Shown in pieces: positions 41,336 to 53,648 of a DNA stretch of 53,795 nucleotides (positions are counted from its first letter, which is position 1; every line of letters begins with the position of its first letter). The translations under genes were made by a program, and so were the position numbers. This DNA is from Lama guanicoe (taxonomy: Eukaryota). The notes beneath the pieces were generated by a model, which saw only the letters and a list, made by a program, of their open reading frames with translations, did no database searches and had not been told where the DNA came from. The stretch spans positions 6,978,122 to 7,031,916 of the forward strand of contig MU053810.1 in the NCBI GenBank assembly GCA_013239625.1. Direction: 5' to 3'.

Positions 41336-43996
41336 GGCCTAATATCTGGGAACAGCCAGTTCCCCACCTGGATGAGCCTGGCATGAATATTACTGCTTTC
41401 CTAGTCCTAAGTGCAGCCTGCCTCTTGAGTCCTTCTATGCTCTCTGAAACTCACAGTCTTAAATGCATCCTTTCCTCCCAGTCTTTCAAACTCTACCATT
41501 TCCTCTGTGTCTTTACAGGGACCAAACTGAAGACTCTCTGCGTTTGGGGACAGAGTCATGTATCTGTGCCAGGCTCTGGTTCCCCACTGAGCTTCCGTGT
41601 CTGCTCTGACATCTGCTTCTCCTCTGAGCTGGCTTGTCCTATCCTGAGGGTCCCTGACACCTCAGTCTCTTCAGGATCCTTTCCGTTGAGTTTCTATTGA
41701 ACAGGTTGAAACTATCTACAAAAGAAACCCTTCTCTTTAGTGTCAAAAGCATCTCAGATTTCAATTTTTTCTTTAATAAAAGCGCATTCCCCAGGGTCAG
41801 TCAGTCTCGCTCAGCGCTGCTACTCAACAAGACTAATATTCTAAGGTTACAGTTTCTTCCCTCTGGCTAGCTCCAAGAAATCCTTTCTGGCCCTAAGGTT
41901 GATTCACTGCCTGATCATTCTTCAACTTGGAATCACTCAAGGGCTTATAAAGACATAGTCTCGTGACCCCCGTTCCCAGAGTTTTTGACTCAGTATTTCT
42001 GGGTGGGACCTGGCAGTCTGCATTTCTAACATGTTCCCAGGTCAGGCTGAGGCTGTCGATCCAGGGACCACACTTTGAGAACCACTCTTCTGGCTCTAGT
42101 TCCTTAAGTGCTAACTCCTGTGCCTGTTCCTCCATTGACTCCCTGTAGTCCCTAAATCTTTTATAGATATCTCTCCTGGTCCAGGATGAAACTCAGAGGG
42201 GTAAAGGGAATGAGAGCTCTCACAGGCTTCCACTGCAGGGATAGGCCAAAACAAGTGGGAATTCAATTCAACATTGCAACCACTTTTTTTTTTTTTTTTG
42301 AGTGGCTGGTGTGTTCTAAAGCACTGGTGGGGAGGGGTTAAAGAGATAAATGAGTTTCCGTTCTCAAGAAACTTAACATGTAACAAAGGGAAAGCCCAGC
42401 ATAGCACTAACCATATGACAAGGAAAAATGTATTATATTACAGTACATTCCAAAGGCCTATAGGGTGACAGCCAACACTGTTGGTGTACCAAACATATTC
42501 CCTAAGGCCTACCCCAGAGGTCAAGGCTGGACTTGTTCTAAGGGTCATGAAAGTTCAGAGTCAGCAAGTCCACAATCCTGAGGGAGCATCTCCTTAAATT
42601 TCACATCCTCAGGGTCTCGCTATCCTCCTACCAGTGTTGGCCCTGCCAGAGGTCACAAAAGAGTCCCAGGGCCCCTGATGGATTCCAACGTTTCTCTCCA
42701 TACAGGGATTTTCTAGCAGAGGAGTCGGCCAGGTGGGTCTGAACCACACATACAGTTGGTGATGGAGCCAAGAGCTCATGTAGTGACAATGCAAATTGCA
42801 TAGAGCAAGAAAGAGCCGCGGGCCTAAGGCTGATATGTGAGGAATGTCAGCCTTCAAGGGATGGGATTTAGAAAGCTAAGTGGAAAGAAAAGTGGGACAG
42901 TTGGAGATCGGCTTTGATGCCTGATTGAAGTGTGTTAGATGCAGACTTGCCTTCGGAAAGCTTCCAGGCTAGGAGGGAAAGCAAGATAACTATTCTGGCA
43001 GCAAGCACTAAGTCAGCTTTAAGAAGAGAGTGTAATGAAGAGGGATGAGCTAAGGCCTGCCTTAACTTGGGCAATAGGATCCTCAGTTCTTCCATTTAAA
43101 ATCGGTGACAGTGATGTTGATTGCAGAGTGTTTTTATGAAAAGTACATAAAATAAACTCCTAAGCACAGTCACTGGCTCACAGTAATCATTCCTTAAGTT
43201 GTTTTTATTGTAATTTCTGTTATGATTCTGTTGCTGGTAATGATGAGTCAAGTTTACAAGAAAGAGAGAGAGTTGTGGGCCACACTGGGGGTGATGGGTG
43301 ATGGACATTGAGGAGTTGGAAGGGTCAGAGCATAGAGCAGGATTCACCTACCTGCTGGGACAAGACATCTGAACAAGGAGCAAGGTCGGTGATTGTCAAA
43401 GTGTTGGAATGAGTCGTAGGATCAGTTGGTTCAGAGTGCCTACTGCGTGGGGGGGGGGAGACATTAAGAGTATGTATGTTTTTCGTAACTAAGTATGGTG
43501 GGAGATGGCAACCAGACTTTCGTGGTGACTGCTTCATAATGTATACAAATATTGAATTATTATGTTGTACATCTAAAACTAATATGTTTTATGTCAATTA
43601 TATCTAATTTTTCAAAGAAGGAGTAGATAGGGGCCACACTATGAATCTTGGAATAGGAAGCTTGGGCTCTGTCCTCGGGTTAATCAAGAACCTCTGAAGA
43701 TTGATGACAAAAATTAACATATTATTGAATACAATCTTTTAGTGAGATTACTTTATAAATTGCAAGTAGTAGTAGGGGAAAGTGATGCCAGGTAGCTCAG
43801 TATCTCAAATATGAGATGATGCAATGTTAGTAGTGGAAATGGAAAGAGAATATTCAAGATATATGCATAAGAAAAAATCAATTTCAAAGAGAAGACAAAG
43901 GCGTTAGGGTTAGATATGAAGATGTGGGTGGAAGCAGAGGCGTCCCTTTTCTTCATACCTGGGCTTCCTACCTGGCCAGGTCTCTTAGAGAACATT

Positions 43997-44385
43997 TGTA
44001 TTAACCTGCTTGGGCTTCCATAATGGAGTGTCAGACTGGGTGGCTTAAACAAGACATTTATTTTGTCACAGTTCTGAAATCCAAAAATTCAAGATCAAGG
44101 TGCCATCACGGATGGTTTCTGGTGAGACCTTTGTTCCTGGCTTACAGGTGGCCCCCTTCTCACTGAGTCTTGCCCCGTGCCCTTACTGTGAGACAGGGGT
44201 CCCTTCTCTTCTTATAAGGACGCCAGCCCTATTGGATTATGGTCCCATGCTATGATCTCATTTAACTGTAATTCTCTCTCTAAAGGCTCTATCTTCAAAT
44301 ACAGTCACATTGTGGCGGGGGGATTAGAGCTTCATCATATGAACCTGGGCCGGGGGTGGTAGGGGACCCAACTCAGCCCATAGCA
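43997..44385. mobile_element. MLT1-type (MaLR) solo LTR
   Basis: gactgggtggcttaaacaa...catttatt...cacagttctg...caagatcaaggtgcc...tcttcttataagga...ccctattggatta...caaatacagtcacatt. Confidence 0.85.
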
Positions 44386-44484
44386 GTGGTGTCATATGCT
44401 ACATGAGACAAAGGAAGTATGAAGTCTGAGCTAATGGAGAGGAAGATAGTTTTGGCTTTAAACACAATGGTTGGTTAATCTATA

Positions 44485-44660
44485 CAGCCATCCAGAAAAA
44501 CATTCTGTAATGACAAAAATTTTCCATGTCAGCATTGTTTGTTATGGTAGCTGCTAGTCACAATATGACAACTGAGCAATTAAATGTGGCTAGTGAGTCC
44601 AAGGAAGAGAGTTTTTAACTGTATAGAATTTAAGTTTAAACTGTATTGAACAGCACAAAT
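44485..44660. mobile_element. MER3-like hAT-Charlie fragment
   Basis: ttctgtaatga...tatggtagctgctagtcaca...aaatgtggctagtg...gtattgaacagcaca. Confidence 0.65.
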
Positions 44661-46598
44661 TAGAACTACATGAACCCTAGGCAGCGTAAGGAGGTTTTAT
44701 CAATAATTAGGTATTTAAGGCTTCTCCTAGGCTGTAAGGTCTTGTACTCTAGATACTCAACTTCAAACCACCTCTTGTCAGCCAAGAAAAATCTGAAGCT
44801 CTGAAAAGATATATGACTGTTCCAGGTTGACACAGCTGGTTACTAGACCCTAGATCATCAGTTAGGGATTAAATATTTTTATGGCAGCAGTCATGCAATT
44901 AGAAATACTTAACAGGCAGCTGGAGATAAATAGTGTTTGTCAAGGGCTGAGATCCATGCTGGGGAGTCATTCCATGGGTATGAAGGTGCAGCCATGGAAG
45001 TGGATACAACATACAAAGAAAAGAACATGGGACTCCATGTCAAGCCTTGATAAATACTGACATGTAAATAGAAAGAAAATAAAAACATAGCATAAAAGGA
45101 AATAGATTTTCATCTGCCAAATTTATACCAACAATTAGATAGCTGCAGGTCACCACCTCCTCAACACGCTCACAATTCATCTCAGAGAGGTGGGCACAGT
45201 TAAAGAGCGAGAGCTCTTGCTGCCTGCCTCCCCGCCATGAGAGAGCTGGCTGCCCACAGCAAGGCACTTAACCTCTCTGTGCTTCCATCTCCTCCTTTGT
45301 AAAATGGGGTTGATGACAAGACTTCCGTCAGAAGGCTGTTGAGATTAAGATGCATGTACAGTACCAGCAAAACCCTGGCGCATAATACAGATTCTTTAAA
45401 TTTTAGATTGGAAAAAACTTATCTTGTCATCAATCTTATTCCTCTTCCTGTGTCCCTGATCTAGGCTAATAGCCTTGCCCTTCAGCTAGCTGGTCTTTCT
45501 GGAAATCTGAGTCATCTTTGATTCCATCTTCTCCCTCAATCACCACATCCAGTAATTCACCATGTGTTATTGATTCTAGCTGCTCTGTCTCTCAGATACA
45601 GCCACCTCTCTGTATGCCCTCCACTACAGCTCTCACACACGTCTTCTGCGCTTTCTGAAAAAAGCATCTCTGTTTCCAATGTGTTTGCTATACCCATCCA
45701 TTCTCTACACCAGGATGGGATTTCTACACCATGGGATCTCCAGGGTGGGATTTTTTAAACTCTGGGGTGTCCAGGGGAAGATTTTAAACATCAAGTCATT
45801 TTGCAGCCTTCCCCAGCAGTTTCTTTTTGCAGACAGGATTAAGTTGACATTCCTCAGCACGGCACTCAAGACCCTTCACAGCCTGCCTGCAACCTACCTC
45901 TGTTTTCATATTTCACCTTTTACTTTGAACCAAGAATACATAAATAGGGACCCATGCATTTTAAAAATTCAACTGAGTAATTGTCTTGTGACTCAGTGTG
46001 GACCTAGGAGGAAGAAGCAGGGTTTGTTTTTGTTTTTCAGTTTGACTTCTAGGGGAAAATGCAAAATTCCCTGTCAAACCTTGCAGAGAGATTCCTTACC
46101 AGCACCTCCTGTAATTAGGTACTATTCCAGCCCAGCCTTGTGATTTTCTTCTCTCATTTTTCATGGTAGGGAGTTTCCTTTTTCAGTGCCTACAGCTTCA
46201 ACCCTGCCTCCTGGAACCCACGCTGTGTGTAATGTGGATCGTTCCTAGTCTATGTGAGCATGAAGTTGAGAGTCCCTTAAAATAAAGGATTCCATTGAAT
46301 TGGTTGCAGATGGTTTGGTGTCTTTTTTCCTAATCCTCCACTTACATGGTCTTCATTTGGAACTCAGGTCTCCTGTAATTGGGGCGCATGGATCCTTTCT
46401 CCAGGGGTTCCCGTGGCAACACTTTATCCACGTAGCCCGGTCTCACGCACACTCGAGCTGGCTTTTCTCTCTCTCTCTTTCATCTTCTCCAACTTTATTC
46501 CCTTTACAGGTTTTTCTACAATATTTTATCTTTACCTTTTTTTGAAATATTTTCATCAGTTCCACTCCTGTTTAATCTTTCTCAGAAGCACAAGTACA

Positions 46599-46601
<3 letters not shown>

Positions 46602-46629
<28 letters not shown>

Positions 46630-46682
46630 NNNNNNNNNNNNNNNNNNNNNNNNNNNNNNNNNNNNNNNNNNNNNNNNNNNNN
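46602..46682. other. (CA)n microsatellite running into a 53-N assembly gap (46630-46682)
   Basis: Read directly. It shows a scaffolded, gapped assembly. Confidence 0.97.
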
Positions 46683-47074
46683 TTTGACTTAATCATTGTT
46701 CCACAATATCACCACATTCCAGGAAAGACAACCATTTTCCTGTGAACTCCTCGTTTTGATCCACATGTCTCAGTAAAGTGGAGAAAAAGAGTCACAGAGA
46801 GACGACATGAGTGCTTTGTTTAAGATGCTGGCCGTACGTAAATACAGTGCACCTGTCCCCAAAGACGAGCCTGTGCATCTGAGCTATGACTGGTCATTTG
46901 GCGCCATCTGCTGGACACAAAGAGTCACAAGCTGGGAAAAGCAGATCAGACGTCATGATTATCAGGTGCCCAAAGCTGACCTAGAACTGTGCTGAGCAAA
47001 TTACTTCCTGCTGGAACAAAGCTTTATCTCCCTTTAGAACAAATCTCTCTAACTCCTGATAAATATCTCTTGGT

Positions 47075-47482
47075 TAGATTATGATGCCCAGTTGTTTGGT
47101 CAAACACCAGTTTAGATGTTTCTGTGAACATATATTTCAGGTGTGATTAGCATTTAAATCAGTACCTTTGAATAAAGCTGATTACCCTCCATAATGTTGA
47201 TGGGCCTCATCCAATCAGTTGAAGGCCTTCAGAGGAAAGACTGAGGCTCCCCAAAGTGGAGGGAATTCTTTTCATGGCTGAAGCGTGGAAACCCAATCTG
47301 AGTCTCCAGACTATCGTCCCTTGGAATTCAGTCTCAAGACTGCAACATTAACTCTTACCTGAATTTCCAGGCTGCAGGCCCACCCTACAGATTTCAGACA
47401 TGATAGAAAGCTAGACAGACAGACAGAGAGTTGAATAATCTCCTATTATTTTCATTTCCCCCTTGGAGAACCCTGACTAATC
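47075..47482. mobile_element. MLT2-type (ERVL) LTR
   Basis: cccagttgtttggtcaaacaccagtttagatgtt...gattaccctccataatg...gggcctcatccaatcagttgaaggcctt...ggagaaccctgactaat. Confidence 0.85.
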
Positions 47483-48169
47483 ATTTTACTATATCCCAGT
47501 GACAGGGGTATAGTTATGTTAATAGTTATAGTAAAGTACATTGTGGTCATCATCTACTGTTATGTGTAAATGAAGTCATTATGCTGTATGCCTTAAACTT
47601 ATAATACAGTGCTGCATGTCAATTATATCTCAATAAAACTGGAAGAAATAAATTGCAACTTGGGAGACACAGGTTTGGGTAAAACTGAGTGTTTCAAAGA
47701 CGGGTGTCAGGGGCTTATAAAGACAAAAAGCCAAGAGGTTGTCAAAAGTTGCCTGATGAGAATTGTGACTGACACTGATGTGAGCCAGTCAGGAAACCTT
47801 TGTCCTTAAGGCATCACAGGGTATTTTCGGGTAGGGGCTTAGTGAGTATCTGAAGTTTCTGGCAGGTGTTCCAGATGACTTCATTAGGGCAATAAAAGCT
47901 CACAGGGTCAGATTCTCTGTGGGCTGAGATGTGCATAAGTCACACCTCCTTAGTGAGCCCCCTCAAGCAGTGCAGACTCCATTTTTATTTTTCTTTCACA
48001 AAGGCAGTCTTCTGCTGCCGGGAGCAGTGACCCCACCTCGGCCTGGAAGACATTCAGGTGAGCTTCAGCTCACTGGCTAGTGCTGTAGGAACAGCAGTTT
48101 GCCATCGATCTTCTCCCTGCAGGCGTGGCAGCACCCACGCCAGCTGTAAATGGGCACAGGCTCGTGCTG

Positions 48170-48490
48170 GGGTGGGGGCGGGGAGTGGTCCTCTACCCTT
48201 CTAGGTTCATCTGGCTGGCCTGAGTTAAACTGACATGAGGCAGATTAACAGGAGAAAAATAAAACAAAAATTGAATAACACGTATGCTTCCTGTTTATAC
48301 CCCTGGGAGACAGCCAGGAAAAACTGAGTGAGCTCATCAAGACGGCTGCAGCCCTCACCTTCAACAGCATCTTCAGCTAAAGACTGAAGAGGTTGCTGCA
48401 GGCAGCGGTCAGTTACAGATGTCAGTTACATGGAATGCCCGGAGGCATGAGAAGCTCAGTTAGACAAGGGCTGGAAAGGTGTCACTTTGA
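48170..48490. mobile_element. ERV LTR-like fragment; a related copy lies at ~48915-49300
   Basis: Both begin with similar text (ctctacccttctaggttca...ggcctgagttaaactgaca...gattaacaggagaaaa versus tttactctcttaggttcag...gcctgcaaattaaattgac...tgagaaaaaa), which I recall as a common laurasiatherian LTR. Family not assigned. Confidence 0.55.
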
Positions 48491-49820
48491 TTTAGACGTG
48501 GGAGTCATCAGTGACTCATTGCGTGGGGATGGAGGAAGGGGAAGACACACCAGAGTGGGTGGGGACAGACTGCTGATGGGGAAGCAGGCAAATCTTTCAG
48601 GAAGTTTGTTGTCAGAAGTAAGACTGTCTGGTTCACGTGAGAGGGAAGAAACAGGGAGATGTTTACAGAGAGGGAAGTTTGAAATCATCACTGAGAAGGA
48701 AGAAGATGCAAATTAACTAAATAAAAGCAGTAGGATCGCTGGGCAGTGTGTGGTTTTCAGCAGCACTTAGATGCCTGGGGGAACTTAAGGGGGAAGAATG
48801 ATAATCAGTCAGTTGTGTCATTGGGAGTTTTGCCAAGTAAGTACACTGAAAGGACAGAAAAGGGGATAAAGGATGTTGAGTAGGAGTTATTAAAATTTTA
48901 GCTCTTGGAAATTGTTGAGAAGGAGAATATTTCCTTTACTCTCTTAGGTTCAGTGATCGGGAGCCTGCAAATTAAATTGACTAAAGCCAATTACTGTGAG
49001 AAAAAAATTACATATGAATACATGTAAGAGTTCACAAAGAAATATGATTTGAAGGGGTGGCTAGAATTGGAGGCTTATATACAATTTAATAAGTGACAGG
49101 AAAAGGAGAAAGGCATTTTTTGAAAAACAAATGACTTCTTGGTGAGAGGGGAGAGAAAAGGCACTTATGGTAGAACAAGTGACACTTAGGAAAGATAAAT
49201 AGTGCCTTAGGAGAATGAATGGGAGGCGTGACAGTTTTGTGACAATGTCCGTTTGAGACTGGTGCTCAGAACTTGTCTCTAATTTTAATACTGTTTCCAA
49301 AAAGTAAGTAAATAAATAGAGAAGATGTAAAGCCTGAGGCAGATTTCATTTCTCCGTGAGGAAATAGCTGTGAATCAGTGTTTAAGGTAACATATAGAAA
49401 GTTTGATGGCACTGTAACAATTGTTGTGACCCATCAGAACACTGACAACAGCCACACCAGATCCGAATGCTGTCCGTCTTAATCTTCAAGTCTATATACA
49501 GTGATTAACACTGGAAAATTCAAAAAAGCTATAAATCAACACTGCTCAATATCAATGACAAGTTTGGTGGGTGACTGGGTGGTGTTTAAACAGCTGGCAT
49601 CCGGGCTCAGTTTGAGTATGTAATACCGCAAAGTGCTGGGTTTTATTCCCAAAATCAGCTTACAAGTTAATGAGATGCAGAGAAATGTGGTTCAAAATAC
49701 TACATGAGTTTTAATCATGCACATATAATACAAAAATATTTTCCTTTAATAAACATTGTCTGTATCTTACTTAACGGGACATAACTAAAATGTTACACAA
49801 GCAGCCCAGGAGGTAAATGT

Positions 49821-49978
49821 TTACTGTTCATCTGTTACATCATATAACATATACTTTTTCTTCAAAACCTCCTCATATTCTTTACGTGCTTTCAAAAGCA
49901 TATCTTCAATTAATCTTGACTCTTTCGAAGATCCTCCAAGAGAAGTTCTGTAGGACTCAGACTGAAGTTTAGGAGTAG
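49821..49978 (-). CDS. Candidate exon F, probably terminal (ATPKLQSESYRTSLGGSSKESRLIEDMLLKARKEYEEVLKKKYMLYDVTDEQ*)
   Basis: Acceptor ttctttcattttctttccag|CT. Only the frame set by exon E is open; the other two hit stops. TAA at 49821-49823, then ATTAAA (49745-49750) and AATAAA (49642-49647) on the minus strand. A possible internal donor AA|gtatat lies at 49854. Confidence 0.65.
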
Positions 49979-51126
49979 CTGGAAAGAAAATGAAAGAATT
50001 AGATTCCTTATTTAAAATACTTCATAGGTAACTAAATGTCAGGTTTTTTTTTTAAGCTGAGACTTTTCTAAGTTTTAAGGAGAATGAAAAATACCTACAT
50101 ATGATTACAACACTAACCCAAGATTACTACTCTACACTTTGCCCAGGGTTGCACGTTGAATTAACTGCTATTGTGGCTAAGGATCAGAGCTCCTAGTTTT
50201 CTCATTATTCATTCATTTACTCAGCAACCATGTGCTAAGACACTGTGATAAACACTGGAATCACAAGATGAAGATGACACAGTCCACCTTGAAAAATCAT
50301 GTACTGTAAACTGGAAAAATAGATGAACAGGCAATTTCGGTACAGAGACATAAATGCCATGGCAGGTATAAAAGAGGGCACAGTTGGAACACTCAGAAGG
50401 GACGTCCAGCTTTGTGTCAATACTGTCTGCTCTTTGGTGGCCGTGATATGTAAGCAGAAACCTGAAGGAGGAGGAGAAAGTGCAGGAGGGAGAGGCAAGA
50501 AGCAAACACACAGAGCAGAGGCAGGAAGGGCGCCCGCGGGGCTGGAAGCAGTCTGACCAGACGCTGGAGCAGAGGGGCAGAGCAGGGGAGGAAAGAGACA
50601 CAGCTGAACACTTTGGCAGGAGCCAAATTGATGTGGGTGTTTTTCTTCCAAGCTAAGGAATTTGGAGTTTTTCCTGAGGGCAAAACGTTAACCAGTGACA
50701 AAGTGAATGACAGGAAATTTAATTGTCATCCACCAGGTGACAACTACGTGAACTGTGATTGCCTGAGTCTGGGGTTTTTGGCCTCAGTCACTATCAGAAA
50801 CAGGAGAAGCTGATGACCTCCATGTTTTCTGAGAACAGTATCCATGTGCAGGTGACAGGCCCACAGGGACAGCAGGAGAGGAAGGGTACAGCCAGAAATA
50901 GAGAACACAGGCTTCTTTTTTAGAGCTATGGGTCATGATGAAGAAGTGAGGAATAAGTATATTTATCATTATGAATGAAATTGTGCTCTCACATTTTTCA
51001 TTAGATACGTGTAAGAAAAAAATTTAACGTAGTATCTGTTATTCAAACAATAGAAAGAGGTGCCATTTACTGTTTAGAGTGCATTTCAGGAATCAATGTC
51101 TAAATTCAGAAATGTTGGCAACATAC

Positions 51127-51172
51127 CTTCTTTTACTTCTCTAGATGCATTATTTTCCAACATCTTGTGCAT
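51127..51172 (-). CDS. Candidate exon E (MHKMLENNASREVKE)
   Basis: Acceptor ttgacttatttcag|AT, strong donor AAG|gtatgt, 46 nt, phase 0 to 1, purine-rich coding-like composition. Confidence 0.65.
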
Positions 51173-51352
51173 CTGAAATAAGTCAAATATTATTTTTAAC
51201 GTTTAAGTTAAACAAGAAACACTATCACAGGAATGACAGCTAGCTTATGAAATGTGGCCTTTAAATAATACTTTTAGAGACTTGACCTAACTTGGGGATT
51301 GCTTCAATAGAAAAATGATCACATGAATAAAATAAAATAAATTCCTACTTAC

Positions 51353-51400
51353 TTTGGTTTTAGATAATAAAGAACATATATATGTAAGGCTTAGATTCCC
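51353..51400 (-). CDS. Candidate exon D (GNLSLTYICSLLSKTK)
   Basis: Acceptor tttactgttttccatcag|GG, consensus donor AAA|gtaagt, 48 nt, phase 0 to 0. An alternative acceptor at 51425 keeps the same frame open (adds EGFTVFHQ). Confidence 0.6.
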
Positions 51401-52360
51401 CTGATGGAAAACAGTAAACCCTTCCCTGTTGGAGATACATAATCTCATACGGCGATGTCCGATCTCATTAGCACAAAGAGTTTAAGCAATTCAAGTCATG
51501 TTCTACACTGAATGCATTACTCTGCAGTTCTCAGAAAAACTGCCCTTTATAAAAGTTCAGCTTTTTTTTTAATTTAATGGACTTTCCCTTAAAATGAGCT
51601 TTCCATTCCTGTACTTTTATAAAACTAAAATTTTAAGGTCTGTTCTATGCTAAAAATGTTTTTAACACAGAATCGTAGATACATAAACTGAAGAAGGGGG
51701 TTCTGTTATAATGTCAAGTGAAAATTCTACTGGCAAACAAATTAAACAAATGTATGTTGCTCTCTGTATATGACTAAGATATTTGTCAGGAAATCTGCTT
51801 AAAGAAAAGGAGAGGCTAGCACCAGTTTTCAAACTTGGTTTCTGATTTACAACTTCCTAGAATTAGAAACAAGGAAAACAATACAAAATTCTTTAACTGT
51901 AACTTTGTTTCTGCTCTAGAAATTAGGGCCAACTTTTTGAAACGTGACTTAATTAGTTATGTATTTAATTACGAAATGTGTGGGGACACTTCAAACTACA
52001 AGTGTCCCCATCTAGAGTGTTCTTTTAAAAATCTTTCTTATGAAAGTCACCCGCTCACTAAACAGGGTCTAAAATAGTACACCAGACATAATAAACACTG
52101 TGGTGATAACAGTAACATGAGAGCCGAGGCCTTTGTCAATGTTAGGTGCAAAGACAAAATTTTTGGCTACCGTTTGCCAATATTTTCAGAGACTGTTTTC
52201 CATAACACTGTCTGACAAGAGCATTCAAGAGGCCTTATGCAATCAGCAACGTGACAACAGTGCCAGGCAGGTCCTGCGAAGTGAGTAACGCCGAACAGAT
52301 GAAGGGAGAAGCCTTTATTGAAATAATTTCATATAACACTATGCAAAATGTAGATCACAC

Positions 52361-52446
52361 TTTTACATGGATTGAATGTAAGATTACTATCTTTTCCTCT
52401 GCAAAGCTATATTGTCAGTTTGTAACTATTAAATACATGCATTTTG
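52361..52446 (-). pseudogene. Candidate exon C (AKCMYLIVTN*QYSFAEEKIVILHSIHVK) with one in-frame TGA at 52415-52417
   Basis: Very strong acceptor ttctttctcatttcttttctctgcag|CA and a weaker donor AAA|gtgtga. 86 nt, phase 1 to 0, which exactly bridges exons B and D. Confidence 0.45.
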
Positions 52447-53366
52447 CTGCAGAGAAAAGAAATGAGAAAGAATTTGTTGATCAAGGAGCTAAGCTAAAAA
52501 ATATAGAGAAAAGAGTCAATGAAAGAAAAAGAACTGGAGGAAGTTAAGTGGTTGTCTAACAAAAGACAACACACTTCCTCACTTGTCCATTCACACAAAA
52601 TGAAATGAGGGCAGGGGGGAGTCCACAGGGCAGAGAACTGATACCAGAAACAAGGTCACTAAACTCTGCCTCTGCCTTGAGAAATGAGCTTAACTGCTGT
52701 GATAGTTTGATTAGAATTAAAATTCAGAGTGGATGTCCCCTGCCATGGAAGGCTACTTTTAAAAGAAATGTGGCAGATCCTGCTGAGATGCAGTGCTGTG
52801 TTATGTAAAAAGTTACAGGCTTAGGAATATTAATCGTTTTAGCTCTGGGGCACTGGTATAATCCCATTTAGAAAAAGGGTTGCTAAACTGAAAGGATATT
52901 TGAGAAATTTAAAAATTATTTAAATAAATCATTAGAAAATGTTTGAAAGCATCAGTAACACACCAAAAGCCCAAAATCAATCAGTGTAAAATTTAGTCTT
53001 CCTATTTAAAATAGATTTGAAGGACATGTATTAACTATCATGGCCATGCTTCATGTTAGGCACACCAATACTTAAAAACTCTTGAACATAAAAAAAAACC
53101 TTTAAAACAGAGAAATTCTGTCTGTTATAATGTTGTCTGGAATTAAGTTTTCAGTTCTCAGAAAAAAATTCTATGTGCAAGAAAATCTAACAGTGATGTA
53201 TCTGCTCAGGCTAATTGTAACTTTTTGTATTCTATAATAATATAATAAATAACACAATTGAGTAAAACTGTAAAATTGCTTCTGACATGTAGGACAAAAC
53301 ATCCCAGAAATAAACTAGAATGTGAAATCTGAGGGTAAAAATGAGCAAAACAGATATGGGGTCCAC

Positions 53367-53448
53367 CTGCTACCACTACAACGATGCCAAGTGAAAAGGC
53401 TATACTACATGTAGCAGTAAGAGAGGCAATAAACCCAAGCGTTATGAA
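53367..53448 (-). CDS. Candidate exon B (FITLGFIASLTATCSIAFSLGIVVVVA), transmembrane-like
   Basis: Acceptor ttttctccag|TT, donor CAG|gtggac, 82 nt, phase 0 to 1, in frame with exons A and C. Confidence 0.55.
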
Positions 53449-53577
53449 CTGGAGAAAACTTGCTTCAACAACCAGCATGACTGAAATCATAGACTTAGGG
53501 CAACACTTCTGTCAAGTTAGAAAAAAAGGCTGAGTGAGCTGGAACGTCACAGCAGGAACAGTCCAAACTGTTAAAAC

Positions 53578-53648
53578 CTTGCACATAAAGGAGAACATTA
53601 AAGTCAATCCCAACGCCATTTGTAACATTTTGCTTTCTAGAATCATAG
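53578..53648 (-). CDS. Candidate exon A of an unrecognised multi-exon gene (xMILESKMLQMALGLTLMFSFMCK)
   Basis: Acceptor cttttcag|CT, donor AAG|gtttta (weak), 71 nt, phase 1 to 0, open frame, hydrophobic. Confidence 0.4.

Noticed and set aside
42540..42560. ggtcatgaaagtt, resembling the start of GPR158 exon 2
   Set aside because: Wrong strand and wrong side of exon 1, and the similarity does not extend. Chance match.
49600..49820. SECIS element that would make the exon C TGA a selenocysteine codon
   Set aside because: By eye, the candidate 3' UTR has no AUGA...AA...GA motif with canonical spacing. A nonsense mutation is simpler. SECISearch would settle it.
53206..53490. 94-aa single-exon membrane protein ORF
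   Set aside because: Better explained as exon B (53367-53448) plus flanking intron read in the same frame.
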